DNA of 64,000 nucleotides from a virus (Duplodnaviria > Caudoviricetes): the IMG/VR virus record IMGVR_UViG_3300025018_000091. One strand, written 5' to 3'. Of the stretch, positions 30,131-38,937 are shown piece after piece. The position numbers and the translations under genes were made by a program. The notes beneath the pieces are model-generated. The model ran no database searches, was not told the origin of the DNA, and saw only the letters and a program-made list of their open reading frames with translations. Each line of letters starts with the position of its first letter. Position 1 is the first letter of the stretch.

Positions 30131-32440
30131 TTATTGCTTAGGTACTGGTAGTCTTGCAGTATCTTGATGTGATGATCTAATCTTTGTTCCACAATTTACA
30201 CAAGCTGTTTCAATATGAAGATTAATATCAATAGGTTCAACTGCTTCTGTTGTAGTTGTTTCCATTGCTTTCCTTTCACTTGCTTCTGCCGCAGCTACTT
30301 CGGCAGATCTAACATTAGATGTATTTTGAACGGCTGTCTTAACTGTAGATGCAGAGGTTGTACCTTCGGCAAATTCTCTAGTATTTTCACCAGCCTTTTT
30401 AATTCTATCCATTTCTTGCTGATATCCTTTTACACCAGTAAGAACAGTTTCAAATCTATTTGCTCTATCATGTAAAGCTTGTTTTTCTTGTTCTGTTTCT
30501 GCTCTAGCTTCTTCTTCTCTTATCCTTGCTAAATTATCTTGAAGTTCTTGCATTTTTTCTGCAGATTTACCCTTATCTCCAGAATCTATTAATGACTTGA
30601 TTCTGCCTACTGGAGCAGTTAATGCCGCAGGTAATCCTTCAAAAAATTCTGACCAACTCTTCATAGCTTCACTAGTTACCTTACCTAATGAACCTATTCC
30701 ACTTTGATTAGCTAAATCTTTTCCAGTAACTCCAATTTCAAGACCTCTTTGTCCACTAAGATTTCTACCTCTCTCCATAGAACGTTTTGTGTTAGCTCTC
30801 ATTTCCTCTTCAGCAGGAATAGACGTCCCTACAAAATCTCGCGTTCCAACTCTTGCCGCCATCGTCTGTTGTAAAAGTCCCAAAGAACCTTGGTTAGCTG
30901 CGCCGCGCGTAGATTCTGCTATACCACGTAATACACCTAAATGTGTTGCAGATAATTCTTGAAATTTTAAACCTTTATCCATTGTTTCTTGAACAATAGT
31001 ATCAGATAATTCTTTTTCAGATATTTTTCCTTCGCTTCTTGCAGAAAATGCTTCTAAAATTCTAGCAGCATCTTGCTCTGATTTAGCAAATGCTCCAAGT
31101 GGTCCTTGTTGCAACATCTGTCTTTGCATAATTGCACGAGATGCAGCAGATTCACTTTTAGCCGCCTCTTCTCCAGTAACAATCTTACCAAATTGTTGTT
31201 GCATTGTACTTTGTACTTTTCTCATAACCTCATCAATATTACCTGACTTAATCATATTTTCAATTTGGAATGCCCCTCTTAAGCCGCCTGCACCACCACT
31301 TCGTTGAGATAAAAATGCCCTTTGTGCAACATCAAGATTAGCTATCTTATTTGTCATGTCTTGTACAATACCAATAGCGGAGGCGCCACTAATACCTGTA
31401 GATTTTAATGCTTTTGTATAATCATTCATCATTCTGGCAGCACCTTGAATAATATCTCCATTCTTCATTCCTTCGCCACCAAACTTTTTTAAATCTTCTG
31501 TTGCTGCTTTTAATGATTGACGAACTACTGATAATTCAACACCAAACTTATTGGAGATCTCACCCATTCTTGCAGTAAACTTTAAAGCATTCTCTCCCTC
31601 TAGACCCATATTTGTATAAGCTAACTTTAAATCATCAATTACTTCAGAATAATCTCTACCACTACCAATAGCATAACTCATTGTAGCGCTTAACATACTA
31701 ACCTTTGCACCACCCTTTTCTGCCATATCTACAGTGCTTTCTAGTGCGCCAGGAACCTGTCCTAATTTCATATAATACTGTTCAGCAACATCTGCTGATA
31801 CTTGCATACTTTCAGCCGTACTTCTAATCATAGCATCATGAATTCCAGACAGTTCATTCATTCTTTCAAATTCAGTTCCAGCAGCATCAGTAACTTTAGT
31901 TAAAGAACCAGTAACTGCTGACATTTGAAATAAACCTGCTTGTAATCTAAGGGCATTATCGGCACTTTTAGCCATTTCTAAAGCAAATGTTTTAACAGCG
32001 CCAGCACCTTCTTTTATTTTCTCTTTAGGAACATTTACACCTGCTCTAGATAGAGTTTCTACTAATGTACCAACTGGAGCATTTTGAGCAGTTAATAATG
32101 CGATAGTATCAGTAATTTGTCCAGTAAACGTATTTAATGTTGGTGTTGCTGTCTCAAATACTTTAAAAGATTCTCTTGCGCCCAAAACACTTACACTTAA
32201 AGCTGAAAACGCTGCAGATTGTCTAATTCCTAAATCTCCAGTTTCTGAAAGTGCAGCTTTCATCATATGTAATTTGTTTTCCAATTGACCCATTACAGAT
32301 GTTACTTCCATACCTGCAGTTCCAAAATTAACTAATGCTTCAGTTGCATTAGAAGCTTGGATATGAACATTCCCTAAAACAGACGCACTATTTTGGATAG
32401 CATCAGTATCTAATTTGGTTGGATCTATTGTATCTGCCAT
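30131..32440 (-). CDS. Tape measure protein
   Basis: 769 aa, Ala/Gly/Met-rich and helical; directly downstream of the frameshifted chaperone pair, the canonical TMP position. Confidence 0.8.
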   Translation of the reverse strand: MADTIDPTKLDTDAIQNSASVLGNVHIQASNATEALVNFGTAGMEVTSVMGQLENKLHMMKAALSETGDLGIRQSAAFSALSVSVLGARESFKVFETATPTLNTFTGQITDTIALLTAQNAPVGTLVETLSRAGVNVPKEKIKEGAGAVKTFALEMAKSADNALRLQAGLFQMSAVTGSLTKVTDAAGTEFERMNELSGIHDAMIRSTAESMQVSADVAEQYYMKLGQVPGALESTVDMAEKGGAKVSMLSATMSYAIGSGRDYSEVIDDLKLAYTNMGLEGENALKFTARMGEISNKFGVELSVVRQSLKAATEDLKKFGGEGMKNGDIIQGAARMMNDYTKALKSTGISGASAIGIVQDMTNKIANLDVAQRAFLSQRSGGAGGLRGAFQIENMIKSGNIDEVMRKVQSTMQQQFGKIVTGEEAAKSESAASRAIMQRQMLQQGPLGAFAKSEQDAARILEAFSARSEGKISEKELSDTIVQETMDKGLKFQELSATHLGVLRGIAESTRGAANQGSLGLLQQTMAARVGTRDFVGTSIPAEEEMRANTKRSMERGRNLSGQRGLEIGVTGKDLANQSGIGSLGKVTSEAMKSWSEFFEGLPAALTAPVGRIKSLIDSGDKGKSAEKMQELQDNLARIREEEARAETEQEKQALHDRANRFETVLTGVKGYQQEMDRIKKAGENTREFAEGTTSASTVKTAVQNTSNVRSAEVAAAEASERKAMETTTTEAVEPIDINLHIETACVNCGTKIRSSHQDTARLPVPKQ

Positions 32441-32442
32441 AA

Positions 32443-32793
32443 TTATCCTTTAATAGCGCGGTGTCTTCTTCTTCGTTTTATTGATTGATCTTGAGAAAGC
32501 TTATTATTCATTTCTCTTACCATTCTACTAGATTCTTCAAATTCTTCATCTGTAGATTCATGGACATTACCTTCTCCCATTAATTGCTTAACAGCATCTG
32601 GGTGAGAAAAGGATGCTAATAGATATGCGTGATTTTTAGCTAGTTCAGCATCATCATTTTGATCTGCTCGCCAATTTTCGTACATCCAAATTTTTTGAAC
32701 CGGATCCATATCTGTAATAAACGGATCATCTGGTAGTTTTTTATATTCTTTACACAAATACCAAATAAAACGATGTTCCGGCTCATATATTAT
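32443..32793 (-). CDS. Tail assembly chaperone, -1 frameshift extension (gpT part of gpGT)
   Basis: The -1 frame opens at the A7 slippery site: ...DDLKK-IIYEPEHRFIWYL-CKEYKKLPDDPF...; the ORF-track start at 32757 is only a TTG. Confidence 0.8.
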   Translation of the reverse strand: MIYEPEHRFIWYLCKEYKKLPDDPFITDMDPVQKIWMYENWRADQNDDAELAKNHAYLLASFSHPDAVKQLMGEGNVHESTDEEFEESSRMVREMNNKLSQDQSIKRRRRHRAIKG

Positions 32794-33446
32794 TTTTTTA
32801 GGTCATCTACAATGACCGCCGCCTCCTCACTATTTTTGATTGTAAACTTCTCACGAGCCTCTTTAGCTAATTTAAGATATTCATCATACAATCTATTTAG
32901 TAAGGCGTCATCTAACTCTTCAATAAAGATTAACTTTGCTTCTAACGAATCAGAGCCTATGAACTGAGCGAAGTCGACGCCAGCAACAGTGGTAATAGAT
33001 CTGGCTAAGAATTGTTTTCTAATTTCAAATGGAGATTGAACGGTATTATCATATTCTGCTGCAGCTATAATAGCCTCTCTCATCTCTTTTGCTTTTAACG
33101 ATTGAAAAATAAACTCATTTCCACCAACATCTACAGTATGTGTAGTTCGAGTCATTCCTAAAAGAATTTCAAGTCTACGCCTAGCGCCTTCATTCAGTCT
33201 TTCTTTTCCTGTTCTACGAGCTTCTTTTGCTGACCTAATTTCTCTTTCTATCTCACCAGGATCACGTTGTTGCTCCTGCTGCATTCTCATCTGCATTTTA
33301 TGTATAGATGCTTCATCTACAGCATAACGCTGTTGTTGTGATTGATAAGGCTCACTCTCATCTGGAACATCAAACTCTTTCATTGGTGTTCCTGAAAACT
33401 TCTTACTACCTATTGGACTATCAAAACTTGGCATATTTAACTCCAT
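32790..33446 (-). CDS. Tail assembly chaperone (gpG-like)
   Basis: 218 aa between tube and TMP; 'GNEFIFQSLKAKEMREA...LLNRLYDEYLKL'; ends CTA AAA AAA TAA. Confidence 0.8.
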   Translation of the reverse strand: MELNMPSFDSPIGSKKFSGTPMKEFDVPDESEPYQSQQQRYAVDEASIHKMQMRMQQEQQRDPGEIEREIRSAKEARRTGKERLNEGARRRLEILLGMTRTTHTVDVGGNEFIFQSLKAKEMREAIIAAAEYDNTVQSPFEIRKQFLARSITTVAGVDFAQFIGSDSLEAKLIFIEELDDALLNRLYDEYLKLAKEAREKFTIKNSEEAAVIVDDLKK

Positions 33447-33464
33447 ATATTAAAACTATTACCT

Positions 33465-33478
33465 ATGTAATTATATAT
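33465..33478 (-). promoter_or_regulatory. Candidate phage promoter element (ATATA-N6-CAT)
   Basis: Recurrent motif located just after the terminator and before the chaperone gene. Confidence 0.35.
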
Positions 33479-33498
33479 CAACAAACATTATATATAGT

Positions 33499-33533
33499 AA
33501 ATAGAAAAGCGTCTGAGGTTTTATCTCAGACGC
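33499..33533 (-). terminator. Rho-independent terminator after tail tube gene
   Basis: GCGTCTGAG-loop(7)-CTCAGACGC perfect 9-bp stem followed by TTTTCTATTT on the minus strand. Confidence 0.85.
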
Positions 33534-33561
33534 CTTTCATTATTAGGGAGTTACTTAAAAA

Positions 33562-34266
33562 TTAGAATAATTGACCAGAATCACCTATATCAATTAATCC
33601 AGCTGCATCTAGAGAACCTCTACGACCAGCCGCTCCTGTATCAACTAATTGCTCAATATTCTTGACAATACCGTTATCACCAGAGCTAATTTCTAAGATA
33701 CCATTTGGATTTCCATTTCCACCCATGTGTACTACGCCAAGCTCTCCACCAACCGCTACTGGGCTTGAAGAAGAACCATTTAATACGCTGAAAATTGCTT
33801 CAGCTTCCCATGTCATAGAATCAGAAATAACCCAATCACTGACTTGGTATGTATAATCAATACCAGAAATCCATACATTCTTAATAACTGTAGAAATTTG
33901 ATTTCCTGTATTTTTCTTTTGCTTATCGAATATCATGATATCAAAAGGATATACTTGAGAAGCAACATGGATAAATCCTCTACTAAAAGCCTCTGCAATA
34001 CGAAGTCTATCAAAACGGATTCTCTGACAAGTTCCAGTTATATTAGTAGATTGATTTGGTACAGAGTCAATATGACCATCATTGCCAACTTCATCAATCA
34101 TTTTAATGGATCTCTTTTCAGAGATTGCCAAAGATTGAACTGCTCCAACAGCCTGATTGTGAACCATTATAATGATATTGGTCGAAATTGCGGTGCTTGT
34201 TTTATTTATATTGGCATACGATGGTGTGCCGAATAATGTAGAACCTGTGTTAGGTGCATTAGCCAT
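33562..34266 (-). CDS. Tail tube protein
   Basis: Directly downstream of the sheath gene; 'IIIMVHNQAVGAVQSLAISE...IDEVG...ITGTCQRIRFD...PFDIMIFDK...IKNVWISGIDYTY' myophage tube pattern. Confidence 0.8.
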   Translation of the reverse strand: MANAPNTGSTLFGTPSYANINKTSTAISTNIIIMVHNQAVGAVQSLAISEKRSIKMIDEVGNDGHIDSVPNQSTNITGTCQRIRFDRLRIAEAFSRGFIHVASQVYPFDIMIFDKQKKNTGNQISTVIKNVWISGIDYTYQVSDWVISDSMTWEAEAIFSVLNGSSSSPVAVGGELGVVHMGGNGNPNGILEISSGDNGIVKNIEQLVDTGAAGRRGSLDAAGLIDIGDSGQLF

Positions 34267-34280
34267 TTATATCTCCCTAA

Positions 34281-37085
34281 TTATAGCTGTCCAAGACTAA
34301 CTTTGATGTAAATGAAGTTAACTGGATATGTTGGCTGTACTCTTACGGTTATATTCCATTGTGTTGGATTTGTTTCATCTTTCTTAACTGAGAAGTCTTT
34401 ATATGCTGTGATTAATCCTTGTGATACCAAAGCATTCAATAAGATGACTCCGCGAGTATTTAATACTGCTTGTGTTTCTTGGCTTTCTGGCAACCCAATG
34501 AATGGCGCAAATCCGGCTCGCAAAACCTTAGCAACTCTATCTCTAATAAATACTATTGAGATTTCTTGTTCTTCAGAATATCCACTCTGTGATGTTGTAA
34601 GACCCCAAACAACTCTTCCTCCACCAGAAACTGGTTGCAATGTAGTTACACCTGCTTGTGCTAAAGACTCTAGAACTGATTGTGAGAATTGCTTATTTCT
34701 AAGAATTGTAAATCCACCTAATGTCTTATTTGTTAATGGATTTTCAAGTCTTACATCAGCTGACTCATAACCTGCGGCTGCGGCTGCAATGTAGAACCCA
34801 TCAATTAATACATTTTCAGTTCCTGCTTGAACAACAATTTGATCTGGGTAGAAGTATACACATCTAAATGTATTTCCAAATGCATCTGCTACAGAGTAAT
34901 TAGCTAAGTCTTCAATATTTCCAGCTAATACTTCTGTAATATTATCTCCTTGAATTCCTTCAAGAACTCCGATATCTTCTACTGCAGCATCTTCAACACC
35001 AGTTAGATTATCCGGAGTTAATCCTGAGATAGCTCCACAAAACATGACTCTTTCCTTCTTATTTCTGATATTACTCATAGCCTTGCAGTGAGCTAATGTA
35101 TTCTGAAAAATTACGGAAATTGTTTGTTTTGGAAGAGGAACTACGATATCACATTCTACTGCCTCTAATGATTCTAGAGCATTAATCCATCCAGCATCAT
35201 AGAATGAAGCGTCTTTATCGTTAATTACCGTTACTCTTAATCTATATCCGTTAGGAACAACGTTATGATTCAATACTATGTATGAACTTTGATCTGCTAA
35301 ATCAAGAACTTCATAACGCATATCGTCTTCATTAACAACAGCCTTCTTAATTGTTACTTGATTTGCTCCCACTGCTATAATATCATACAATCCATTTTGA
35401 TTCTCAGCAGAACCATTAATCTGTAACTTATATAGAGCTGTAACACTTGGTACTGTACTAAAATCTACAGTTACACTATCTACTGTAGCTGTTGCAGTTC
35501 CAGTAATAATTACTAATTCACCATCTGTTCCAGAATAACCATCTAATGCTAATCCACTTGAATTACTAATTAATTCGAAAGTGACAGGATCTTCGTTAGT
35601 AAAATCTGAGAAATAAGGAGATGCTAATGTATGGAAACCTTGAGGGTCATCACTAGTCTTTACAGATAGTTTGCCATCAGATACTCCAGTTATCTCATAG
35701 TAACCAATATTTGCAGAATTTGTTGCATCAATAAGGCTTAAAGTCATTCCTACATAACTAGAATCAAATTCAACTGAAGAACTGAATGTGCCTCTGTTAT
35801 TAACTGCAGTATCGCGACCGATATATCCATCAAGTCCAGTAGCTAATGATTCATATCCAAGCTTAACTGTATAATAGTATGAATATCCACTAGGAGCGGG
35901 GACATCATCAAAGATAAATTGATTAGTAGTTGGTTCACCAACAGTATCTAACAAATAATAATCTAATTTATTTGGAAGAATCTGAGTTTCAACATTTGTT
36001 GTATTATTAGTTACAAAGAAGTGAATGTTAGAATTAAAATCTAAGGTTACACCAGCTGGTAATGGGAAGATAAAATTATCTGGATTTGTTGAGGTTGCCG
36101 TAACAGAGTCCTCTAATATATAAGAGGTTCTTCTTGGCATAGATGGAGCAGTTTGAACTGTCATAATAGCTGGGGCAGCATTAGCAAAAGCTAATTGACA
36201 ACCTAAGCTTAAATTATTATCAACACTTGGGAATCCATGACGAGTAGCCACATCACCAAGACCCTGTAATAAAACTGGGTCATTAAGATTTTCTGTTGGG
36301 ATATAAGTTGCAGTTAAAGAATCGCTACGAACTAAAACTCCACTTTCTACCATGACAGTAAAAGCGTCGCCTTCTCTAAATGGAGTTACAGAAACTCCAC
36401 CAACTTTACGTTCATAAATTCCAAAACTCAAGATACCATTCGAAACTACATTTCCATTTGCAGTCCAGATTATTGGATTACCATTTGCATCTAATTGAGC
36501 ACCAGATACAGAACCAAATGCAATAAACTTAGCTGTATTTTGAATAGGAGCATTTAAGGCATCACGAACAACAGAAACGCATCTGATAGACCAGGTTTCA
36601 GAGGGAGCATTTGCATCTACTAATGTTAAAGCTGTAAAATAACCATCACCGACATTTGTTGTTAATGGAACATAAAAAGCGCCGCCTTGATCAACTAAAT
36701 GAGCAGTTTGTAATTCAATTTGACCAGAAGCAATATCAATTCTATAATCATATTTATTACTAAATGATCCTGAACTAATTAGTTCTTCTGTTCCGACCAA
36801 CGGAATGCCATTTTTAAATAATTGGGTTCTATTTGAAATGACAGGATATGTTCCAAGCTGGAAGTGTCTGCCATCTGCACCAGAAACTGATGTGTAGGTT
36901 GGATTAAATCCATCTACACCACCACCCAATGCTTGGGAAACTAGAGTTTCATCAGCAGCACCTTCTCCCATTATTGCTGCTATGCGAGAACCGCCAGGAA
37001 TCGAAACTCCACGAGATTGGGTTACTACATCAGTAAAAACACCTGGTAGAACATTTGTTGCGCCTGGAATGTTAGCGTTAGCCAT
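34281..37085 (-). CDS. Contractile tail sheath protein (with inserted surface domains)
   Basis: N-terminus 'LPGVFTDVVTQ'; C-terminal sheath domain 'LAHCKAMSNIRNKKER', 'LAQAGVTTL', 'IVFIRDRVAK', 'QWNITVRVQPTYPVNFIYIKV'. Confidence 0.9.
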   Translation of the reverse strand: MANANIPGATNVLPGVFTDVVTQSRGVSIPGGSRIAAIMGEGAADETLVSQALGGGVDGFNPTYTSVSGADGRHFQLGTYPVISNRTQLFKNGIPLVGTEELISSGSFSNKYDYRIDIASGQIELQTAHLVDQGGAFYVPLTTNVGDGYFTALTLVDANAPSETWSIRCVSVVRDALNAPIQNTAKFIAFGSVSGAQLDANGNPIIWTANGNVVSNGILSFGIYERKVGGVSVTPFREGDAFTVMVESGVLVRSDSLTATYIPTENLNDPVLLQGLGDVATRHGFPSVDNNLSLGCQLAFANAAPAIMTVQTAPSMPRRTSYILEDSVTATSTNPDNFIFPLPAGVTLDFNSNIHFFVTNNTTNVETQILPNKLDYYLLDTVGEPTTNQFIFDDVPAPSGYSYYYTVKLGYESLATGLDGYIGRDTAVNNRGTFSSSVEFDSSYVGMTLSLIDATNSANIGYYEITGVSDGKLSVKTSDDPQGFHTLASPYFSDFTNEDPVTFELISNSSGLALDGYSGTDGELVIITGTATATVDSVTVDFSTVPSVTALYKLQINGSAENQNGLYDIIAVGANQVTIKKAVVNEDDMRYEVLDLADQSSYIVLNHNVVPNGYRLRVTVINDKDASFYDAGWINALESLEAVECDIVVPLPKQTISVIFQNTLAHCKAMSNIRNKKERVMFCGAISGLTPDNLTGVEDAAVEDIGVLEGIQGDNITEVLAGNIEDLANYSVADAFGNTFRCVYFYPDQIVVQAGTENVLIDGFYIAAAAAGYESADVRLENPLTNKTLGGFTILRNKQFSQSVLESLAQAGVTTLQPVSGGGRVVWGLTTSQSGYSEEQEISIVFIRDRVAKVLRAGFAPFIGLPESQETQAVLNTRGVILLNALVSQGLITAYKDFSVKKDETNPTQWNITVRVQPTYPVNFIYIKVSLGQL

Positions 37086-37123
37086 ATTGAATCCTTATCA
37101 CTCAGTTATGTAGCTTGTATCAT

Positions 37124-37171
37124 TAAAATGTATTAATATTCCTATTCCTGATGATATATTAATACATTTTA
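37124..37171. repeat. Perfect 16-bp inverted repeat (TAAAATGTATTAATAT-N16-ATATTAATACATTTTA) upstream of the sheath gene
   Basis: Arms at 37124-37139 and 37156-37171, seen directly; each arm carries the candidate promoter motif. Confidence 0.8.
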
Positions 37172-37213
37172 TTGTCTTCCCGTCTTTTCATCGGCTACTT
37201 AGAACCTGTTAAT

Positions 37214-38059
37214 TTACGAGTTTAGTAGCATATCTAACATATTTACTTCTGTATTGATTGTAATATTTGGTGAAACTGGTGCGATTGGGTTAGACAAATC
37301 TTCAAAAGTAGCAGTAAAAAAGATTGCGTCAATAATATTACCGACAGGTATTTCTCTTCTCCACTCCGTCCTTATATCTAATGTGATACTTTGCCTAAAC
37401 AACTTATCATTTCTATCATCTGTTTCAGATGGAGCACCAATAATTGGTGGTTTTACTATAATACCTACATCATATAATGAATCAACAGATATTTCAGCAA
37501 AACACATTCCTATTAATTGTGCTAAATCATCTCTTGCTCTTAAACTTCTTGACATAATATCTATTATAATTTGACCTTCCCAGGCTCCCGCAGTTACAAA
37601 ATATGCAGGAGAATGTACTATTGTTTTATTTCCATATCCATCTTCAAATACAACATCTTCATATTGAATTGCTCCTTTTTCTCTATTTATTGAAATTGGA
37701 ACATATTTAATACCGCCATTTTTTACTAAAATAGCAGGGTAATAAATGCCATCATGTCTATAATTTTCTCCAATAAACAATCTTGTACTTAAAAGATCGC
37801 CTAATAATGCAGAAGATCCATAAGAACCAGCAGGTATATCCGCGCCTGGTGGCAAATTTGTATGATCTGTTGTGTTTGGAAATCCCCATTGATCTCTGGA
37901 GAAATGATAATAACTATCTTTAGAGAAAAAATCCCTTAATGTAGCCAAAATTGTTTCTTTCGGATACACAATCATAGATGCTTGAATGATACTATAAATA
38001 TCATATAAGTCTGATCTAAAAAAATTGTTACTTGCCATAATGTGCCAATCTGACACCAT
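37214..38059 (-). CDS. Tail terminator / tail completion protein
   Basis: Directly upstream of the sheath gene; 'YYPAILVK', 'GAWEGQIIIDIMSRSLRARDDLAQLI', 'LFRQSITLDIRTEW'. True start may be the internal MASNNFF. Confidence 0.65.
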   Translation of the reverse strand: MVSDWHIMASNNFFRSDLYDIYSIIQASMIVYPKETILATLRDFFSKDSYYHFSRDQWGFPNTTDHTNLPPGADIPAGSYGSSALLGDLLSTRLFIGENYRHDGIYYPAILVKNGGIKYVPISINREKGAIQYEDVVFEDGYGNKTIVHSPAYFVTAGAWEGQIIIDIMSRSLRARDDLAQLIGMCFAEISVDSLYDVGIIVKPPIIGAPSETDDRNDKLFRQSITLDIRTEWRREIPVGNIIDAIFFTATFEDLSNPIAPVSPNITINTEVNMLDMLLNS

Positions 38060-38888
38060 CTAATATATTTTGTTTGGCAGAGAGTGGTCTCAAATTATTC
38101 AATGCCCAACATATCTTAAAATTATCATCTTTCATAGAAGTATATGGTAATTTACTCTGCGGAATTATATGATCAATATTCCATTTCCAAGTAGAATCGT
38201 TATTATCATCCCAACTTTTATTATCATATTTACCCATATTATCCCAATTCATCCACGACTCAAACTGACTCTCTAAATGAGATTTAAGATCATTTATAGA
38301 ATATGGTAGATAATTCATAATAGATGTGTCCTTTTTAGATTTTTGTTTTCTTAATGCAGAATATATTTGTGTTGATATATATTTTCTCATCCTATATACT
38401 GGATCAGATTTCCTTCTATTAATTTGATATTTTCTTCTAGCTAATCTTATTGAATCTTTAGCATAAACCAATCGTTTTTTTTGCAAATCGTTGGCTTCTA
38501 ATCTATCACAATCAAGGCACACTCTTCTAAGATATTTACCTTGAGTTAATCTAAAATTATCTTTATTTAACGGTTTATTTTTGCTACACTTTTTACAAAC
38601 TCTATGTCCCGTTAAGGTTTCTGTCTGTTTTTTAGAAAACAATTTACCAGATTGTTTTTGATCATAACAAATACATGCAATACAATATGTACTAAATACT
38701 GGAAAATATAGATTTTCTTTACTTCTAATCATTTTCAAGTAAAAATTATCAGTATCTTGATGTTTTATCTTCATACATTTAGTGCATAATTTATCTCCAA
38801 TATCTTCTAAAGAAATTTTACCTTCTTTTAATAACTTTTCATATTCTATAGATTTCCGCTTCAATATTTTATAGTTTCTCATATCCAT
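38028..38888 (-). CDS. Free-standing HNH homing endonuclease
   Basis: Several CxxC motifs; C-terminus 'LKSHLESQFESWMNWDNMG...WNIDHIIP...CWALNNLRPL', a paralogue of 16622-17389. Confidence 0.85.
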   Translation of the reverse strand: MDMRNYKILKRKSIEYEKLLKEGKISLEDIGDKLCTKCMKIKHQDTDNFYLKMIRSKENLYFPVFSTYCIACICYDQKQSGKLFSKKQTETLTGHRVCKKCSKNKPLNKDNFRLTQGKYLRRVCLDCDRLEANDLQKKRLVYAKDSIRLARRKYQINRRKSDPVYRMRKYISTQIYSALRKQKSKKDTSIMNYLPYSINDLKSHLESQFESWMNWDNMGKYDNKSWDDNNDSTWKWNIDHIIPQSKLPYTSMKDDNFKICWALNNLRPLSAKQNILDGVRLAHYGK

Positions 38889-38937
38889 AATACTAAAATA
38901 TAGACAGATTTGAAGAAGTTATTAGATCCCATTTATA

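Noticed and set aside
12522-38059. Extracellular contractile injection system (eCIS/T6SS-like) or tailocin rather than a phage
   Set aside because: Neck/adaptor-like genes, a G/GT frameshift, homing endonucleases and phage-like gene density fit a phage genome. No AAA+ ATPase or Afp-type cap gene is seen. Capsid genes are presumably outside the window.
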